A stretch of 64,000 bases of DNA from positions 3,782,001-3,846,000 of the forward strand of contig OX597830.1 in the NCBI GenBank assembly GCA_951406725.2, written 5' to 3'. Shown piece by piece: positions 1-17,300 of the stretch (position 1 is the first letter of the stretch; each line of letters opens with the position of its first letter). This DNA is from Octopus vulgaris (taxonomy: Eukaryota). The notes beneath the pieces were generated by a model. It did no database searches. It saw only the letters and a program-made list of their open reading frames with translations, and was not told the DNA's origin. The position numbers and the translations under genes were made by a program.

Positions 1-697
1 TTCACTGTAGAAATTACAGCGTACTTAGAAAATTGGGAATCACAGTTTCAATCTAAGGATTGCAGCAACATTTAATAAGAACAGGTCAAATAGTTGGAAA
101 GATTGTTCAGCTTTTGTATATTAATAATGTATTTGAATCAATCTAATTCATCTGAGTGTGTAGCCATAATGACCTGCTGCAAAGCGAAAGAATCAAACTT
201 CAAACAAAATCAGTGGCCTTCATTGATAGAATTGGTTTGTTTTAATCTATACGGAGGATATGAAGAATATTTTGAAACTCTGAAACTAAATAATGTTATT
301 AAGTCCTTATCTGAAAAATGAGATATGATTCTAAAAGTTTTAATCCTAGAGAAAATGGTTTTAGCAAACAGCAATGAAAAAGGAAATACATTAGACTAAA
401 TATTCGATTTAATGTAAGAAAAATAATACCATTTATTAGAATAATGGCAGCAGAATCGGCAGACTTTAAATCTTGGAATAGTGCTATTAGCTGTTTATAA
501 ACTAGTTTGTATCTGTAATACCACTGATTTGTCTATGAAATTGAATATTTGACAAGACTTTATCTTTTAATCTGAATCTTGTACTGTTTACCATTTCATT
601 GCACAAACCAGAATCTCTTTCCTCATCGTCTCCATCAATTTCTTCACCTTTCCATCCCTATTGTCATCAGCATCAGTGTCATTGTCACCATCATCAC

Positions 698-900
698 CTT
701 CTTCTCCTTCTTCTTCTTCCTTTTCTTCTTCTTCTTCTTCTTCTTCTTCTTCTTCTTCTTCTTCTTCTTCTTCTTCTTCTTCTTCTTCTTCTTCTTCTTC
801 TTCTTCTTCTTCTTCTTCTTCTTCTTCTCCTCCCCTCCTCCTCCTCCTCCTCCTCATCATCATCATTACCACCACCACCACCACCATCATCATCATCACT
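698..900. repeat. Compound (TTC)n/(CCT)n/(CAT)n/(CAC)n microsatellite
   Basis: Directly visible. Confidence 0.95.
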
Positions 901-1132
901 GCTGCAGGGAAATGGCAGAATCCATAGCATGCCTGGTAAAATGTTTGGCTGCATTTCTTGTGACTCTTTACATTTTAAGTTCAAATTCTACCAAAGTTGA
1001 CTTTCCCTTTCATCCTTTCGGCTTCCAAAAAATAAGTACCAGTTGAGTACTAGGGGTCAATGAAACCGACTTACCCACTTTCTCTGAAATTGCTGGCCTT
1101 GTTCCAAAATTTGAAATCATTATTATCATCAC

Positions 1133-1170
<38 letters not shown>

Positions 1171-1439
1171 TCCTTCCATTTTTTTTTTGTTTTTCACTTT
1201 CCCCACCTCAACATTGCTATTTCCAGCTTTTCTAAAATTACCATTTTATCTCAATATTCCCTATACAGACATTACTCCTATAAGGGCTGTTTTTCTTTCA
1301 CTATCAGTTCCCTGCCCCTCAGGTCACTGTCTCTGCTCCCTTGGTCTAACATTCGGTCTCAATGATTGAGAATTGTCATAAACAGAAATATTTCTCGTGA
1401 TTCCAATTAAATAAGGAATTAAAAGAACTTGAAATTGCT

Positions 1440-1826
1440 GTAGGAGTGGCTGTGTGGTAAGTAGCTTGCTTACCAACCACATGGTTCTGGGATCAGTCCC
1501 ACTGCGTGGCACCTTGGGCAAGTGTCTACTACTATAAGCCTTGTGAATGGATTTGGTAGACAGAAACCGAAAGAAGCCCGTCGTATATACGTGTATATAT
1601 GTATGTGTATGTATATGTTTGCGTGTCTGTGTTTGTCCCCCTAGCATTGCTTGACAACTGATGCTGGTGAGTTTACATCCCCATAACTTAGCAGTTCGGC
1701 AAAAGGGACCTATAGAATAAATACTAGGCTTACAAAGAATAAGTCCTGGGGTCGATTTGCTTGATTAAAGGCAGTACTCCAGCATGGCCACAATAAAATG
1801 ACTGAAACAAGTAAAAGAGTAAAAGA
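1440..1826 (+). mobile_element. tRNA-derived SINE with CR1-like 3' end
   Basis: GTGGCTGTGTGGTAAG...GGATCAGTCCCACTG head, TA/TG linker and CCAGCATGGCCAC...GACTGAAAC + (AAAAGAGT)n tail. Related pieces at 9745-10010, 11388-11610(-), 34660-34875(-), 36755-36910, 48345-48486, 50740-50885(-), 53950-54112 and 55605-55765. Confidence 0.85.
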
Positions 1827-2169
1827 ATACTTGAAACTATGAAATTAATTACCATCAATTAAGAAAATACACATTAAAAATATTCTGTGAAATCATTCTG
1901 AATTTGTTGAAATTATCTTCCCATTACTTTGAGAGTTGTTAACTATTAGGAAAAAAAGTCGCTTATGTCCTTTATTCACTTCATAATCTCTTAATTTCTC
2001 TGAATTTACATCATTAATCTACATGGGTTATCTCCCTTAGGCTGTTATGTTTATTTACATGGAAACTTCATGATTTGCTCAGAGCAAGGCTGTTTTGCTT
2101 CCTGATATATATATATATGTATGTGTGTGTGTGTGTGTGTGTATATGTATCTATGTATGTCTGTATATA

Positions 2170-2214
<45 letters not shown>

Positions 2215-2343
2215 ACGCATGTATGTATATGTATATATATAGATACATATATATATATATATGTATATGTATGTATATGTATATGTATGTATATATATAT
2301 GCATGTATGTATATATATACATGTATGTGTATATATATATATA

Positions 2344-4471
2344 CCCGAAGGTCTCATACCGGCCCAAAGGTTTCATACTCTCAGGAATGACTCATTGCAA
2401 GCAAGCACAGTTGGAGTCCCTGCTCAACCTCACCAATGCCCTATTCATGGAGCAAGCTGTACTCAGACCAACTAGGGTGAATAACATTTTGGATCTCTGC
2501 TTCACGAACAATATGGACATCATACATGATGTGAAAGTGACACTGACATTAGTCTCAGATCGCAACATAATAGAGCTGTCTATGTTTGGGCCAAAAGTAA
2601 CCAGAGACATACAGCCTAAAGGAAGCACCCGAAATTTCTCCAATCTGAACTCCCACAAAACAGATTGGAAATCGATCCAAAAAGAGATCCTCAGAGAGGA
2701 CTGGCTAAAATGTCTCTCCACACCAGACATTGACATGATACTAGAATGCTTCATGTCTTGAAACTAGAATGTTTCATGTCTTCTGTGCAAGCCGTATGCC
2801 AGAAATATGTCCCAGAGCACAAGGCCAAAACAAATAGGAGTAAGATTCCAAGAGAGAGGAAGATCGTCTCAACCAACATCCCAAAAGTAGCGAAACGTCC
2901 TGCCTAAAAACAACACATGGAGATCGAAAAAAGGCTGCAACAATCCTATGTGAGGGAGAAAGCAGACAAAGAAGCCTGGGTTATAATAAACATTAAATCA
3001 AACCCAAAGGCCTTCTTTCATTACGTGAAAGAAACAGCCTCAGTACACTACAGGATAGGACCCCGCCTCCAAAAGGATGGCTCCCTCACAGACAGTCCAA
3101 CTAAGATCAGTGAGATACTGAATGACCAGTTCAAAAGTGTCTTTACCACCCCATTGGAACACAGACAAGTGAACGAACAAGTGGACTTCTTTGCCACCTC
3201 ACCTATAACCAGCGAGGACGTTAGAAAAGAATACATTGACATTAGCGAAGAAGATGTCCTACTAGCCATAGATGAAGTGGACACAAACTCAACTGCTGGT
3301 CTTGATGGTTTCCCAGCAATCCTCCTCAAAGTGTGTAAGTATGCCCTAGCAAAACCCCTTAAGATTCTCTTCCAGAGCTTTCTTACAAATGGCAAACTGC
3401 CAAGCAACCTGACATGGGACCACTGCTTTTTATAGTGGCCCTCTCAGATATGCTCTCCAATGCCCGGATAGCCACTCTGGCAATCTATGCAGACGATACA
3501 AAAGTCTCACAGAAAATACAGAACCCCAGTGATGTTGCACACCTGCAGCAGGAGTTGGACTCAATCTACAGATGGGCTGAGGACAATAATATGCAGTTTA
3601 ATGCTGAAAAATTACAGGCCCTGTGCTACCAGCATCCAAAACTGAATATTAAACTTACAGGGTACACCGGTCCTCAGGGAATTTCAATCCCAGAGCCTAA
3701 GTCTGTGAGGGACCTGGGTATCGACATGAGTGATGATACCTCTTTCCAAGTGCACATTACAAGGATGGCGACAAAGTGCAGACGACTGGCTGGGTGTATC
3801 CTAAGAACATTCAGAACTAGAGATAAGGAAATCATGATGGTCCTCTGGTGGACATTCGTCCTCAGCCACCTGTATTACTGCTCACAGCTATGGTCACCCA
3901 CCAGTGTGAAATTAACAGCGGACCTTGAAGCAATCCAGAGAAGATTCACAAAGAAGATCGTCTCTTTGCAACAGCTCAGCTACTGGGAAAGGTTGAAACA
4001 GCTAAGACTCTACTCCCTGCAGAAAAGATGGGAGAGGTATGCAGTAATATATATCTGGAAGATCCTGGAAGGAATTGTGCCAAATTTTGGCATTGTAAGC
4101 TACACCAATGCTAGAACGGGACGACACTGCATAGTGCCAAAGATCCCAGCAATGCCATCACGCTTCAGGACCAGCTACTGCAACAGCCTGGGTTTCAAGG
4201 GCCCACAGCTTTTTAATATTCTCCCAAAGAGTCTGAGGAACTTGCACAAAGTAGATGTAGCGGTTTTTAAATCAAAGCTGGACCTCTTCCTGTCGAGAGT
4301 CCCAGATGAACCTACCTCACAGCAAGAGGTGCAAATGAGGGTAGCTACATCAAACTCCATTCTTCACCAAGTGCCACATATTTGAGTAGGCTCTTAGTAA
4401 TAACAGTGTAGCACAAAACGGTGGTGCATCAGTATGGCTGCAGCTCTGAGCTGAAACAAAAAAAAAACAAA
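2344..4471 (+). mobile_element. CR1/L2-group LINE copy A, 5'-truncated, degenerate, with internal RT deletion
   Basis: ORF pieces 2261-2761 (APE C-terminal PTRVNNILDLCFTN...SDRN), 2917-3435 and 3414-4385 (GPLLF, YADD, LRLYSLQKRWERY). Jump KLPSNL->GPLLF at ~3412 removes ~460 nt relative to copy F. 3' end GGTGGTGC...CAGCTCTGAGCTGAAAC plus A-rich tail. TA-rich repeat on both sides. Confidence 0.9.
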
Positions 4472-4491
4472 TATACATATATATATATATA

Positions 4492-4870
4492 CTAGCAGTA
4501 TCGCCCGGCGTTGCTCGGGTTTGTAAGGGAAATAACTATAAAGCATTTTTAGAGAGTTATAGCCAAAAAATAGAAAAAAAATGGGAAAAAAATGATGGTA
4601 AATTTTTTTTGAGAGTAAAAAAGGTCGAGTTGCGTCCCCTAGACAGTCTGTGGTTTGTGTTCCTGATTCTCGACCCCTGGCGAATTTATCGATTTTTTTC
4701 AGAACTGGGGGAACTTTTCAAAATTTTCTCTGCGTTAGTTTTGAATTATGACATTGGGCTATGTGTGTGTCAAGTTTCATCAGAATCGGTTGAAAGCCAT
4801 GGTCAGGTTGAGGGTACAACCTAACAGACACACAGACACACACACAGACAAACTGCCGTTTATATAGAGA
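4492..4870 (-). mobile_element. Non-autonomous Helitron-like element
   Basis: On the minus strand: 5' TC (TCTCTATATAAACGGCAG), subterminal hairpin CCCGAGCAACGCCGGG and 3' CTAG; inserted between A and T in (TA)n with no TSD. Confidence 0.8.
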
Positions 4871-4945
4871 TATATATATATATATATATATTATATGTAT
4901 ATATATATGTATGTATATGTCTATATGTATGCATATATATACATG

Positions 4946-4976
<31 letters not shown>

Positions 4977-5275
4977 GTAATTATAATTAAGGGTTAATTG
5001 CAACAAGTTGCTCAAAACCACATACCGAAAATATTAGAAATAGCAGCCAAAATTGATCACTATTTCCTCTACTAATAAAAAGTCACCACAAACAAACAGA
5101 ATTTGTAACCTGTATATGGCAAAAAAGGAAGAAAATAACGAAATCCCAGCCTATGGATTAATTATAGACGAATCGTTTCTGGATTAGAACCGAAGGCTCA
5201 TTTCCTTGTCAATGTAATATTTCCTATAAATCTAGAAATGCTAGGGGAAAAACTCACCCGCTACACCAGCACGAT
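4977..5275 (-). mobile_element. Decayed Penelope-like pLTR fragment
   Basis: Minus strand ~5160-5218: ATTACA-tTGACaA-GGA...TCC-a-GAAA-CGATTCG-TC-TATAAT (decayed core). Shares TTAGAAATAGCAGC with 17450. Flanked by (TA)n. Confidence 0.45.
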
Positions 5276-5286
5276 GTATATATACA

Positions 5287-5371
<85 letters not shown>

Positions 5372-5400
5372 CTATATGTATATATGTATGTATATATATA

Positions 5401-5987
5401 GAAATTCGGGGTGAGTACTTGATAATTATAAGCACCTGTGTATACCATTTGGTGGTGTAGGTGGTGGAGTAAATTGATCAAAATAAAAACATGATGCCAA
5501 GGATTCAGTAGTACATATGTTTCGGGCCTTTATTAGACAGATTTATAACAATGCATAATGTATGTCTGTGGCCTTCTTCAGCCGCGCACAACAACTTCTG
5601 CAAGGACATGTGTTACATCAAAAATTCTTGGTTGGGGATGCAAATCCTCTCATTCGCGTACGACATAATGCGGCAACAGCATAGAATTGAAGCGTCCATC
5701 TCTTTCTTCTCTCAATGTAGAATCTACATTGAGAGGATTTGCATATTGAGAGAAGAAAGAGATGGACACTTCAATTCTATGCTGTTGCCGCATTATGTCG
5801 TACGCGAATGAGAGAATTTGCATCCCCAACCAATAATTTTTGATGTAACACATGTCCTTGCGGAAGTTGTTGTGCGCGGCTGAAGAAGGCCACAGACATA
5901 CATTATGCATTGTTATAAATCTGTCTAATAAAGGCCCAAACATATGTACCACTGAATCCTTGGCATCATGTTTTTATTTTGATCAAT
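5401..5987. mobile_element. Penelope-like pLTR/retrozyme fragment forming a ~244-bp inverted repeat
   Basis: Arms 5473-5716 and 5745-5987, each with a hammerhead motif; TA-rich repeat on both sides. Confidence 0.75.
5509..5585 (-). ncRNA. Type I hammerhead ribozyme-like motif (mirror copy at 5876-5952 on +, with damaged GAAA)
   Basis: CTGAAGA-AGGCC...GGCCC-GAAA-CATATG-TA; stem III is the palindrome ACATATGT; stem I is weak/decayed. Confidence 0.6.
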
Positions 5988-6026
5988 ATGTATATATATT
6001 TGTATGTATATATGTATATATATACA

Positions 6027-6078
<52 letters not shown>

Positions 6079-6130
6079 TATGTATGTATATGTATGTATG
6101 TATATGTATATATGTATATATATATACATG

Positions 6131-6177
<47 letters not shown>

Positions 6178-6209
6178 GTATATGTATATATGTATGCATA
6201 TATATATAC

Positions 6210-8430
6210 ATGTTGCATCATTTCTCATGTAAATACCCAGGTCACGCACTGATTGTGCCTCTGGGATTGCAATACTTCCAGGTCCAGTGTATTTATTGGG
6301 TATTGCATTTAGTTTTGCATGCTGATAGCATAAAGCTTGAAACATTTCAGCATTGAACTGCATGCTATTCTTTTCAGCCCATTTGTATATTTTGTCCAGC
6401 TCACATTACAGGTGCTTAGTGTCTTCAGGGTTCTGTATTACCTGTGAAACTTTTGTATCATCTGTATAACTTGTGATAGTGGCTCTCTGCGTGGCTGAGA
6501 GCATGTCTGAGAGGGCCATTATGAACACTAGGGATCCTAAAACAGTACCTTGCGGAACACCGCTCACTATTTGCATGTTAATGGAGGTGGTCCCATTGGC
6601 TACTACCACCTGACCTCTATCCTTCAGAAAGCCATTCTCCCAATTTTTCAACTATGCCAAGATCACGCAGTTTGTGACATATCATTCCATGATCGACTTT
6701 ATCAAAGGCCTTTGCAAAGTCAAGATATATCACTTCCACATTTGAGTGGTTGAGCAGTTGTTTCAGCACCCAGTCATAGTGTTGTAGGAGATGAGTTAGG
6801 CAGCTTCTTCCTGGTTGGAAACCATGTTGGGTGTCAGGCAGCAAGTCATTTTCTTCAAGGAAGGCGATTAGTTTCCTTCTGACTATTCGTTCCATGACCT
6901 TGCTGATGTGTGAGGTCAGAGAGATAGGTCTGTAGTTCTTGGCCTCCACTCTGCTACCTCCTTTATGTATAGGGCATATTTTACCCTCCTTCAGTTTTCT
7001 TGGAAGTTTGCCAGTTGCAAGGAAGCTCTGAAAGAGCCACTGCAGTGGTCTTGCTAGGAGTCTCTTACATACTTTTAGAAGGATTGCTGGGAATCCATCG
7101 GGGCCAGTATCTGAGTTTGTTTTCATTTCATCTATAGCCTTTATATTGATGTAATCAATCATCGCCGCCTCTGACCCCATATCTGCAGTGGTGAAGAAGT
7201 CCGTTGGATTGCTGACTTGAAAATGCCCTAGGGGTGGAGTGAAAATACCTTTGAATTGCTCATTTAGTATTTCACTTATCCACGTTGGATTTCCTCTGAG
7301 TGTGCCATCCTTTTCAAGGAGTGGCCCTATCCTACAGTGCACTGTAGCTGTTTCTTTGGCATACCTGTAGAAAGCTCTGGGGTTAGATTTTATATTGTCT
7401 ATAGCCCAGGCTTCTTTGTCTGCTCTTTCTTTTTCATGGGAGAGTTGCAGACATTTTTCAATTTCCAACAGTTTTATTTTCAGGTGGGACTTTTCACTGC
7501 TTTCAATTTGTTTCTTTAGACGATTTGAAACTTTTGTACGCCGTCTCATAAGAATTTTCCTCTCTCTGGGGATTTTGTTCTTGTGTACAGTGGCTTTTCT
7601 CTCTGGAACACATTTGTAGCATATGGCTTGCATTACAGACATGAATTGTTGAAGTTTCATGTCGATGTCTGGCGAGGGGAGACATTCAGGCCAGTTTTGT
7701 TTGAGGATCTCTTTCTCAATTTGTTTCCAGTTTGCCTTATGGAAGTTCAAGCTGGAAAGATTCTGAGAGTTTCTTATAGGCTGCATGTCCATGCTTTCCT
7801 TTGGCCCGTACATGGTCAGCTCTACCATGTTGTGATCCGAGAGTAGTGTCGGTGTCACTTACACATTATGGATGAGATCCATATTATTTGTTAAGCAGAG
7901 ATCCAGTATGTTACCTGCCCTGTTTGGTTGGAGTATTATTTGCTCCATGTATAGAGTGTTGATGAGGTTCAGGATGGACCTCGCCTGTCCTCGTTTGCAT
8001 CGTGTCATTCCTGGGAGAGAAAGGCCCTCAGGCCATCTGACATAGGGCAGATTGTACAGCAGGTTAGCTGTTGTACAATCTTTTGTGCCATGCACAAAAA
8101 GATTCTTGTTCAGCAGCTGCCCTTTCAATATCATGTTGATGGTTTGTAACACGCACTACATCTGCGTACCTCCGTTTTGCAGCAGGTGGTGAGTAGTCCT
8201 TTCCTTTTCCTTTTGGTAGTTGGTTTCTGCCCTGTTTCATACTTATGTGGCAGGGTCTTTGGTGTGCAAAACGGCAGCCTGCACCCTCCTCTCCATGCCA
8301 GCAGACACCTTTCAGTTAGAATTTACACATTCGTGTGTGCTGTCTCTTTCTATCCTTTTTGGTATATGTATAGTCAGGTTTGCTTCTTTCCTTGGCTGTT
8401 TCATCTTTTGGTTTTGTTTGAGTTTTAGTA
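6210..8430 (-). mobile_element. CR1/L2-group LINE copy B, degenerate, 3' end lost; retains ORF1 remnant
   Basis: ORFs 7859-8152, 6617-7858 ([30 protein letters not shown]) and 6406-6651 ([13 protein letters not shown]) are close to copies D/E/F. Deletion at ~8055 joins the ORF1 end to mid-APE. Confidence 0.9.
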
Positions 8431-10373
8431 AAGTATAATAGCCATCTCAGTATGGCTAACCACAAAGGGTGGGTGTTACTGAAGCTTTTAGCCCCAGGAG
8501 ATCATCGAAGAAAAAAGAAGAAAATAGTGTAATTGGTGTAAAACTACTTGTTCTAAACGATTATCAAGAACATACACACACACAACTCCATAATAATAAT
8601 AATAACAATAACAACAGATACTAAAGATGGTGCTATGGCCTTTTCTTTGATAATATCTTTCTTGCTTATTTAGATTCAGTTCAATGCACACTTGCCTTGA
8701 ACCAACCATTTCTCTTTGTGTGTGTTCTTGATAGTCGTTTAGAACAAGTAGTTTTACACTAATTACACTATTTTTAAAATTTTTTCCAGCCCGGCTTAAA
8801 CACCATAGTTTAAAGGCCATTGACTGAAGATGTGAATTTTCCAAGGTCTCCCCCACCCCCCTTTCGCGAGTGTGCATTTTTCTTGTCATATTCGGTTAGA
8901 GCAAATTATTTTACACCTATTACACTATTTTATTTTTTGTTTTTATGACCGGGTCAAATGCTTTAGTTTAACCTAAATTCTCAGGTAAACGTTTCTGATA
9001 GAAGACACCAGAAGCAAAAATAAGGAATATATACGCACAGTTAAATATAGAAGGGTAAAGCATAATTTGTTACATAATCTCTATAATAAAAAGATATTGA
9101 ATGGAATAATTCCTCGTTTGAACTTTTTTAATTACATGTGTGTGTGTGTGATAAACAATTTCATTAAAAATATCCATTTTCCCCAAAGTTATGATCATCC
9201 AAAGTCAGGGACGCAGAAATCTGTAGTTATACCGATTCAAAAATACATAAAACGTAAAAAAAAGTTCTCCAATATTCAGAGGAATTTTAAAATTTGGATT
9301 TATACCTGCTATACACAATAAACTGTCACCAAGTTATGGGCGAAAACCTCGGATCTTGTGAATTTTCCAAAGTCCTCTTCTCAACCCTCGGAAAAGATTT
9401 TCCAAAAAATTTCTTTATAATTGTAATCTATGCCAGTTGAAAGGTATTTATATAAAACTTCATTAAAACAAAATTTTCCTAAAAGTTATCAGGGGAAAAC
9501 TCAGATCTTGTGAATTTTCCGAAGTCCTCCTCCACCGTTGATTTCCTTGAATTTTTTTCATATTTGTTTCCTACACATTTCTTTTTACATCCGTTGAACT
9601 ATTTTTTCATTTATTTCGTGTCCGGGTATATTGTAAACATTAACCAAATTTTGAATAACAAAACTTATATATCACAAGGGGTCATCAATATTTTAGAAAT
9701 GATTCTGTGGGGCATGGCCAAAAATCGATTGGGAACCATTGCCTTAGACTAACCAATGCTTTGTAAATGGATTTGACAGACAGAAACTGAAAGAAGACCA
9801 TCATTGTGTGTGTGTGTGTGTGTCCCATCACCACTTGACGATTGGTGTTGGTGTTTACATCTCTGTAACTTAGCAGTTCACCAAAAGAGATCAATATAAA
9901 CACCCAGCTTAAAAAATAATGCTGTGGTCAATTTGTTCAACTAAAATTCTTCAAGGTGGTGCCCCAGCATGGCCACAGTCTAATGACTAGAACAAGTAAA
10001 AGCTAAAAGATGGGAATACTGTTCATTGGTAAAAGTCATGAAGAATTTGATCAAGAAAACATTTGAACTCAAAGAAGTTAAGTTCCTAACCAAGTTTCAG
10101 TCTGTGACAGCAGCAATTTACTTCATTTTGATTCCAAGTGAAAGAAATATTCAAACATCAGATAATTTCATTTCCTCTTCCGCACTCCTGCACCAGATAG
10201 GTCTTCCATGGGGTTCAACATTGATGTTATTGAATTTTATTCAATTTTCTTCATTGTTATTGAGATAGAATGTCTTTCAAACAAAAACTGAACACCACCA
10301 ATATCTTTAGAGGCAGCCAACTCCTTCCCTCATATCAGAGCGAACTATTTGGCTCTTACACTTTCACAGTCTT

Positions 10374-10461
<88 letters not shown>

Positions 10462-10827
10462 TCACTCACTGTAAATTTCAAATTTTGTTGACAGCTGTAT
10501 TTAGTTTCTCAAGACTGTCCATTTAACAAATCTTCAATTCTGAAAGATGCCAAAATGAATATTCTTCCTTTTTGCTTCTAATTAGATAATTAATCAAACT
10601 ATTGGAGCCACAATTGGATGTATTGAGTCATTCTTCAGAATCAACTCCAAACAATAATGGAGCCAGACATACAATATGTTTTACAGAAGAAATAAAATAT
10701 TTTCAAATTCTAGACAAAGCTAGATTTTCGGTAAAACAAAGAACAAACCGTCTCAAGTCATTTGAAATAAAATCTATATAAAAAAAAAATATTAATGATT
10801 ATTAATCTTGTTTTCTAGATTAGTGAC

Positions 10828-11150
10828 ATTAAATACAACAAAAACAATAAAGATAACGGTATTTGAAAAATGATTTCATAAATCTTTTACTGTATCCAGC
10901 CAATAGCAATATTTTTGGAAATTAAAGAGATGTTGTTAATCTTTTGTAATAATTATTTGATAAAGACTGTTTGAAATTGAATTTTTATTCTTAATTATAT
11001 TCCAGTTGATAGCAATTATAATTACCGTCACACACTATTTAATTGAGATGTCTTCTCGTAGGATTCCTTCAGAGAGTTTTGCTGTGAGTATCATGTTTAG
11101 TGTCAAGACTTGATGTGCTTATATTCTTTGCTTTATGTTTCAATGATACC
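10828..11150 (+). repeat. ~320-bp segment duplicated at 41873-42180
   Basis: Collinear match including CTGTATCCAGCCAATAGCAATATTTTTGGAAATTAAAGAG and TCTTTTGTAATAATTATTTGATAAAGACTGTTTGAAA. Confidence 0.85.
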
Positions 11151-11387
11151 TCATCAACATAAAGTTCACTTTTGTATGCCTGAGTGGGTCAGACTGAATT
11201 CATCCAAGCAGACCTTCTACAGTTGGGTGCTTTTCCTGTCACCAACAATCACCTGTTTCCAAACAAGGAAATAGTGTTCCTTCTTCTTCACATCCAAACA
11301 GCATAATGTGCAGACAGACATGCTTTCACAGAGAATTAGAGATGAATGTCACCACATCTGAAATGGTCATGTTTGTTTACAACAATA

Positions 11388-12152
<765 letters not shown>

Positions 12153-14170
12153 TTCGCCGTGTATATATAAATACACACATTCGACGGCTATCGCACTGCT
12201 TGAATCCAAAAAATATAACCTCCAACAATGACCCTCATCAATAACCAAAGATCAGCTGAGGAGAAGTGGGCCATTGAAAAAATCAAACTCAACCCCAAAG
12301 TGTTCTTTTCATTTGCGAGGAAACGCAGGGTCACTGTCTCCACTGTAGGCCCTCTAATTGACGAAACTGGCACTCTCCAAGATAATGCCAAATCCATGGC
12401 CGAGATACTGCAGAAACAATACTGCTCTGTTTTCAGCAATCCTGATATGGCCGATCTGGGCTGTATCAGTGATGTCAACCCCCAACACACTATATCGGAC
12501 ATAACGTTTAGTGCCCCTGATGTCTTAGCGGCGATAAACGAAATAAAACACAATTCAGCAGTAGGCCCCGATAGGTTCCCTGCTTGTGTCCTGAAGGTGT
12601 GTCGACACCAACTTGCATCTCCCCTTGCTAATCTGTGGAGAAACTCACTGGATGCTGGCTATATTCCAAAAACCTTCTGTCCCAGTCTGTTGTCCCAGTT
12701 TTCAAAAAGGGAAACAAGTCCCTTGCAGTGAATTACCGTCCGATCTCACTCACCTCTCATATCATCAAGGTATTTGAGAGGGTGGTGAGATCTTGAATAA
12801 CCCAATTTCTGGAAAGCAACAGACGGCTGATCTCCAACCAACATGGGTTCCGTAATGGAAGGGACTGCCTAACGCAGCTCCTGCATCACTTTGAGGACAT
12901 TTTGAGAGCTTTGGGAGAGGGCTCCAACACCGATGTCATCTACCTTGATTTCAGTAAGGCCTTCGACAGGGTCGATCACAAGATCCTATTGAAAAAACTA
13001 TCCAACATTGATGTCTCTGGAAAGTTACTGAAATGGATCAAGTGTTTCCTGACAGACAGATCTCAACATGTTGTAGTTGAAGGGGTAAAATCAAGCCCAG
13101 CCAAAGTCAGTAGTGGCGTTCCGCAAGGCACTGTGCTGGGCCCACTTCTTTTCATCATTTACATTAATGACATTAATGACATCATCAAGCACAGCAACAT
13201 AAAAATTTTTGCAGATGACTCCAAGCTACAGAAGGTCATAAATGAGGCGAGTGACCGGACATGCCTTCAGTCAGATCTACTGGCTGTTATCCAATGGGAA
13301 GAAAAAAACAATATGCTGCTGAACGAGGATAAATTTGAGCTAATCCACTTTGGAAAAGAGGATGCCCTGAAACTCCCATACTCCCTTCCATCAGGTGAAA
13401 CTCTCGCGGCGTCCAACAACATCAGAGACTTGGGAGTAATTGTGGACAACAACAAAATCAGGGCCGCTCATATAAACACCAAAGTTGACATGGCCCGCAG
13501 AATGTGTTCCTGGATTCTCAGAACTTTCCAGTCGAGAGATATCCACACCATTATCCTTCTCTTCTCCACTTTTGCCCAACCCCACCTTGAATACTGTTGT
13601 CCACTGTGGTCCCCCCACACAATACAAGGTATCATAAAAGTTGAAGCACCTCAAAGGGCAATCACAAAAAAGATAGATGGCATGACAGGCCTCGACTATT
13701 GGGGTCGACTAGAAAAGCTAAAACTCTATTCTCTCCAACGTCGTCGGGAGCGCTACATCATCTGCATGATGTGGAAAATATTCCATCAGCATTGCCCAAA
13801 TGATGTTGGCATCACCTTTAAGGTACATCCAAGGCTTGGGCCCCGTGCCATCCGCCCAAAACAAAAATCGCACTCTCATTTCATAACAACAATACGGCAC
13901 AATTATTTTACCTCAATTGGCCCCGCTCTCTTTAACATTACACCAAAACACATTAAAACAGAAACTGACCCTATAGGGTTCAAGAAGTCTTTGGACAGAT
14001 TCCTTCAAGAAATCCCGGATAAACCCCCTACACCTGGATATGTCTCTGTAAACAATAACTCTCTAATTGAGTGGGCCATAGTGACCAAATTCTGACTTGA
14101 AAGACTTCACCAGGTGGTGCTATTAAGTTAGACATGGCCTGGGCCAATAATGGCCGAAACATATCAAAGT
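12153..14170 (+). mobile_element. CR1/L2-group LINE copy C, divergent subfamily, 5'-truncated
   Basis: ORFs 12228-12731 and 12902-14095 ([43 protein letters not shown]); frameshifted. 3' end GGCCAATAATGGCCGAAAC. Long (TA)n on both sides. Confidence 0.92.
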
Positions 14171-14174
14171 ATAC

Positions 14175-16990
<2,816 letters not shown>

Positions 16991-16996
16991 ATATAA

Positions 16997-17283
<287 letters not shown>

Positions 17284-17300
17284 TATATATATATAAATAC

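Noticed and set aside
579-1046. Poly-E/F/S/L/R ORFs
   Set aside because: Stop-free translations of a (TTC)n microsatellite in all frames; no splice or domain evidence.
8790-9670. Possible DNA transposon/Helitron remnant with a thrice-repeated TGTGAATTTTCC motif
   Set aside because: Only short internal repeats (8831, 9357, 9509); termini could not be identified.
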